A DNA stretch of 56,209 nucleotides from a virus, in the IMG/VR virus record IMGVR_UViG_3300017613_002335; one strand, 5' to 3'. Position numbers and translations under genes: made by a program. Shown here one piece after another: positions 52,602 through 56,209 of the stretch. Position 1 is the stretch's first letter; each line of letters starts with the position of its first letter. The notes under the pieces were generated by a model. That model saw nothing but the letters and a program-made list of their open reading frames with translations. It ran no database searches and was not told the origin of the DNA.

Positions 52602-55600
52602 TGTTTGAATTTGATTACTTAGGTGCCTTGGAAGTCGGGAGTCAGGACGAGATTGCAAGGTTCTTGTCTGGCAAGCTTGGTTTTGATTATGATACGGCCA
52701 CAGCCGATGGTGCTACATCAGCCGAAATCATTGACTATTTCTTTGATTCAAGGCGGGTCAAGATGCCTGATCGGGGGCCAGGTCCGGAACCAGAGAAAAA
52801 ATACAATTTCTTGGGTGGTGTTAAGGATGTCGGCAAGCTCTTGTATGATGTCCCTATTAATACAAAGGCGTCAATCGCTGCATTATTAGAAGATAAAAAC
52901 CCGGAACAGGAATACGACTGGAAAGATAAGGCCATTGAAGCCCAGGAAGAAAGGAATCTTGAGCGGTCTTCTGAGCCCGGTGGTGATGAGTATGTTGTTC
53001 CAGGCATAAAACGTCAGGCAATCAGGGATGCCGGGGCAAGTACCGGGTTTTCTCTTACTGCTATGGGAGCAGGACTCCCTGGTATCTTAGCTAGTTCCTA
53101 TGCGACTCCGATTGCCGGTGTACCACTTGCCTTGGCAGGATCGGGTAAAGCCGCATACAATATGGACAGGACCATGTTTACACGGCAACTGATAGGGGCC
53201 TATCGGCAGAATGTAAACCCTGATGCAACACCCGAAGAAATTGATGCCTTTGTTGAACAATCTCAACCATTAATTAACAAACATGGTTTGTGGGAAGCCA
53301 TACCGGAATCAATCGGTAATGTTGCACAAATGACCGGGATCGGGGCCATCTTCAAGGCCGCACTGGGGAAAACCATTGGTACAAAGATTTTTGGTGCAAT
53401 AGCGGGAATGTACGGTACAGAGCTTGGAACCGAAACCATAACCCAGACCGGGCAGCACAATACTGAAATTGAAGCCGGGTTGTCAGATGGTGATAAGCGG
53501 TCCTTTACTTCTCCGGGTGATATGCTTGAATCTTTTAAAGAGGTTGCACCCCAAACTGTTGTCTTAACTTCCTTGGGTGCTGGCGGTGGTGCTGTCGCCG
53601 GTACTGCAACCGGGATTTTAAAAGCCAAGACCGCGGATGATGCCATAGACGAGGCCAACAAGCAAATAGATGGCATCCTGGGCAAGGTATCCACTCCAGG
53701 CTACACGATGCCAGGGGAATTACCATTAGATCTTGATGTGGGTGATACTCCATCTGATCCATTCCAGAATGCTGCAGAGTTGACCGAAGATTTACCGCCA
53801 ATGACAGAATCTGAATACGTTGGTGGCTTAATATCTGATATGAAAAAAGAACAGGGGATTTTAGGACCACCTATTGAAGTGCCTGAAACAACCACAACAG
53901 AAGATGAATGGAATGCACATTATGGCCAGCCGACAAAAATTGAACTAATAGATAAGTGGCAAGCCCGTAAAGTTGATGTGCCTGAAACAAATCAAGATGA
54001 GTATAAGAAACAGCAGCAAAAAATAGACCAGGAGTCAGCTCTTTTTTCACAAAAATTAGATACCATGCAAAACGAAGTAAATACCACTGAAACTAAAGGT
54101 GTTACTCAAGAACATGGTGAACAGTATGAAACAATTCCGTATGGTGCGAATTCACCAAAATGGATGCAGGATCTGCCTACTTATTTAGATAAAAACGGTA
54201 AAAAAAGAGTCTATTCAAGAGTACAACTAAATGCTGTATTTAATAACATTAAAAGCGGGAAAAAATTAAATCCTAACCAGGAAGACTTATACAGGCATAT
54301 CGAAAAAGCAGCGAATGAAAATGCAGGCGAAACAGGAGAATTTGTAGCGCAAGAAGAAGCTGACGACCTTGAGAAAAAAGGATTTGATTTATTAGGATCA
54401 CAAAAGATCCCAGCCGGCGATCTGGATATAGGCGATAAAATTATTGCTACTGTCGATGGTGTTAAAGACGAATTTACGGTCCAAGAAGCTGATACACCAT
54501 TTGGTGATGTTGTACTAAAAGATGGTGTGACTAAAACTGTTGATGTTTTTGAACAGATTGACGTTGAGGCTATTAAAAAAGGTCCAGAGCCTGGGATTTT
54601 GAGCCAGACCGTTGAAGGGGCAAAACAACCCGATACAGAGACATTACCCGATAGTGCTGTTGATGGTACTCAGGAAAGCTTAAATATTGAAGACAATCCA
54701 ACCCAAGAAGACATAGAAGACATACAAGATGCTCAGAAAGCCCAAGAGGAATTTGAGGCAAGCGGAGAAGAAACAGTTTCCCTTGAAGATGTTAAAGCAG
54801 AACTTGAAGAAATACCTCAAGAGCAAGTGGTGGAGAAGGGTGAGGTAGAGATAGACGGAAAACAATATCGCAGGGTCAGTGGTGAGAATAGTTATAACGG
54901 TGTTAAGGTCGGCAATTGGGAATTCAAGTATAAAGATCAATGGCACCCTGTTAAAAACATCCAGATAAGACAAAACGCTGATAAAGTGTTGTTAGAAAAT
55001 CAAGATTCTGTTATTCCAGAAACAGTGACAGATAAAAAGGGGAAGGGCGACATATCCACTGAACAAACCACCGGTGAACCTAAAATTTACCACGACCCAC
55101 AATCAGGAAAACTTGTCCATGTTCAAAAAGGATGGCAGAAAGACGGTGGATATACCTTCTTTAAGACAGATGACTTAAAGAAACGTGGAAGGAATATCAG
55201 GGGGAAAACAGACCAAAGATATTGGTATGATACCAAAGAAGAGGCGGAAACCGCTCTTGCTGATTATGCTCAAAAGAATGGATTCACAGAAGCTACGGAA
55301 GAACAAAAATCTGAATCCACTCCTAAAAAGGAATACAACTACCCGAACCCAAAAACAAAAATTCCTATCCATCTAAAATGGTTGGCAAAATCAGCATGGG
55401 AGCATGAATCAGCAGAGGGATTTGAAGAAAATTTACTGCGTCTTATGCCAGAAAGCGGTGCTGTGACCGTTGACCAGTCTATAAGGCAAATGGAAGAGGC
55501 TGGGTTTAAATCTCCTTCAGATTTTTGGGAAGAGTCAATATCCCTGAAAGGGAAAATTCAAAAGACTCTTGATAAGCGTGATAGTAAAAAAAGGACAATT

Positions 55601-56209
55601 AAAAAATCCCCAAAGAAAACAGAAAAATTCTCAAGTGATTACGGATCTAACAACAAGGTCTTCACTAAAGAGGCCGCAGATAAAGCCAGGGAAATCCTCA
55701 GACAGAAACTGTCAGGGAATCAGTTAAATTCCGGCCTTGATCCTGAGATTGTCCAGGCTGGCATTCAGATCGCTGGCTATCATATTGAATCAGGTGCCAG
55801 AAGTTTTACTGCATATTCCAAGGCAATGATAAAGGATATCGGTGATGTCGTTAAACCATATCTTAGATCATGGTATGAGGCAGCAAGATATTATCCTGGG
55901 TTTGATGCCTCTGGTATGACAGATGGCAAGGACATTAAAGAGGTTGACACGGCCTCAGACAAAACAGATGATAAGACAGATGATGGCGATGTTAAAATCC
56001 TTTCTGATTTCGGTCTGTTTGTAGAACAGGATGGACTTACATGGGGTGTTTCTCAGAAAAAAAAATGGTACGACAAAGGGTCTGGAAAAGGAACCTTTGA
56101 AAATAAAGATTTGTTAAAAGGGGTTGGTGCAAGGTGGAAACAAAAACAATGGAGGTTTGATCATGACCCAACAAAAAATATCGCCAAGGCACTCAGAGAT
56201 AAACATGGA
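52601..56209 (+). CDS. Giant virion polyvalent protein, N-terminal part (continues at base 1; whole gene 4,213 codons)
   Basis: ATG at 52601 overlaps the upstream stop (TAATG). I read every codon from 52601 to 56209 and found no stop. The ORF track lacks it only because it has no stop inside the window. Gly/Ala-rich hydrophobic segments at about 53000-53640, followed by acidic linkers. Confidence 0.85.
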   Translation, partial: MFEFDYLGALEVGSQDEIARFLSGKLGFDYDTATADGATSAEIIDYFFDSRRVKMPDRGPGPEPEKKYNFLGGVKDVGKLLYDVPINTKASIAALLEDKNPEQEYDWKDKAIEAQEERNLERSSEPGGDEYVVPGIKRQAIRDAGASTGFSLTAMGAGLPGILASSYATPIAGVPLALAGSGKAAYNMDRTMFTRQLIGAYRQNVNPDATPEEIDAFVEQSQPLINKHGLWEAIPESIGNVAQMTGIGAIFKAALGKTIGTKIFGAIAGMYGTELGTETITQTGQHNTEIEAGLSDGDKRSFTSPGDMLESFKEVAPQTVVLTSLGAGGGAVAGTATGILKAKTADDAIDEANKQIDGILGKVSTPGYTMPGELPLDLDVGDTPSDPFQNAAELTEDLPPMTESEYVGGLISDMKKEQGILGPPIEVPETTTTEDEWNAHYGQPTKIELIDKWQARKVDVPETNQDEYKKQQQKIDQESALFSQKLDTMQNEVNTTETKGVTQEHGEQYETIPYGANSPKWMQDLPTYLDKNGKKRVYSRVQLNAVFNNIKSGKKLNPNQEDLYRHIEKAANENAGETGEFVAQEEADDLEKKGFDLLGSQKIPAGDLDIGDKIIATVDGVKDEFTVQEADTPFGDVVLKDGVTKTVDVFEQIDVEAIKKGPEPGILSQTVEGAKQPDTETLPDSAVDGTQESLNIEDNPTQEDIEDIQDAQKAQEEFEASGEETVSLEDVKAELEEIPQEQVVEKGEVEIDGKQYRRVSGENSYNGVKVGNWEFKYKDQWHPVKNIQIRQNADKVLLENQDSVIPETVTDKKGKGDISTEQTTGEPKIYHDPQSGKLVHVQKGWQKDGGYTFFKTDDLKKRGRNIRGKTDQRYWYDTKEEAETALADYAQKNGFTEATEEQKSESTPKKEYNYPNPKTKIPIHLKWLAKSAWEHESAEGFEENLLRLMPESGAVTVDQSIRQMEEAGFKSPSDFWEESISLKGKIQKTLDKRDSKKRTIKKSPKKTEKFSSDYGSNNKVFTKEAADKAREILRQKLSGNQLNSGLDPEIVQAGIQIAGYHIESGARSFTAYSKAMIKDIGDVVKPYLRSWYEAARYYPGFDASGMTDGKDIKEVDTASDKTDDKTDDGDVKILSDFGLFVEQDGLTWGVSQKKKWYDKGSGKGTFENKDLLKGVGARWKQKQWRFDHDPTKNIAKALRDKHG
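56089..56209. repeat. Terminal overlap copy 2 (identical to 1-121)
   Basis: Base-for-base identity over 121 nt. The offset of 56,088 is divisible by 3, so the reading frame is preserved across the junction. Confidence 0.97.

Noticed and set aside
56055-56065. A-rich homopolymer (AAAAAAAAA) in the giant gene as a slippery or frameshift site or sequencing error
   Set aside because: The frame is continuous and coding-like on both sides without any shift, so there is no evidence of recoding.

Overview
The window is a closed circular temperate phage genome. Bases 1-121 are identical to 56089-56209, so the unique length is 56,088 bp. There is no tail sheath, tail tube or tape-measure gene, so the layout looks podovirus-like.

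Gene order:
- 9.5-14.0 kb (+): tail fibre and lysis cassette.
- 14.1-16.1 kb: integration module. It holds a full tyrosine integrase, an excisionase-like HTH gene, a truncated second integrase and two different tRNA-Pro 3' fragments.
- 16.2-20.2 kb (-): accessory (moron-type) block. It includes a compact PTH2-like peptidyl-tRNA hydrolase coupled to an HExxH protein, a compact C5-methyltransferase-like gene and a protein with a perfect (CAG)20 tract.
- 20.25-21.5 kb: divergent repressor / Cro-like switch with three GTTAA-type palindromes.
- 22.2-28.6 kb (+): replication and recombination module (DUF2800-like nuclease, DUF2815-like SSB, VRR-NUC, SNF2 helicase, 31-bp iterons plus an RHH gene, primase-helicase), followed by an iteron-rich, AT-rich ori-like gap.
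- 29.1-33.3 kb: two clusters of small proteins, mostly Cys-rich zinc-ribbon types.
- 33.5-52.6 kb (+): long late operon (terS, terL, portal, scaffold, capsid, tail and internal-virion genes).

The most striking feature is the last late gene. It starts at 52601, runs off the window end with no stop codon, and re-enters at base 1 in the same frame, ending at 9154. That gives one 12,642-nt gene of 4,213 codons, about 22% of the genome. It combines a strawberry-notch/DarB-type helicase, a zincin HExxH motif, an ADP-ribosyltransferase-like block and membrane-active termini. I read it as a virion-packaged, injected polyvalent counter-defence protein.

All family assignments come from motifs read by eye. 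No database search was run.
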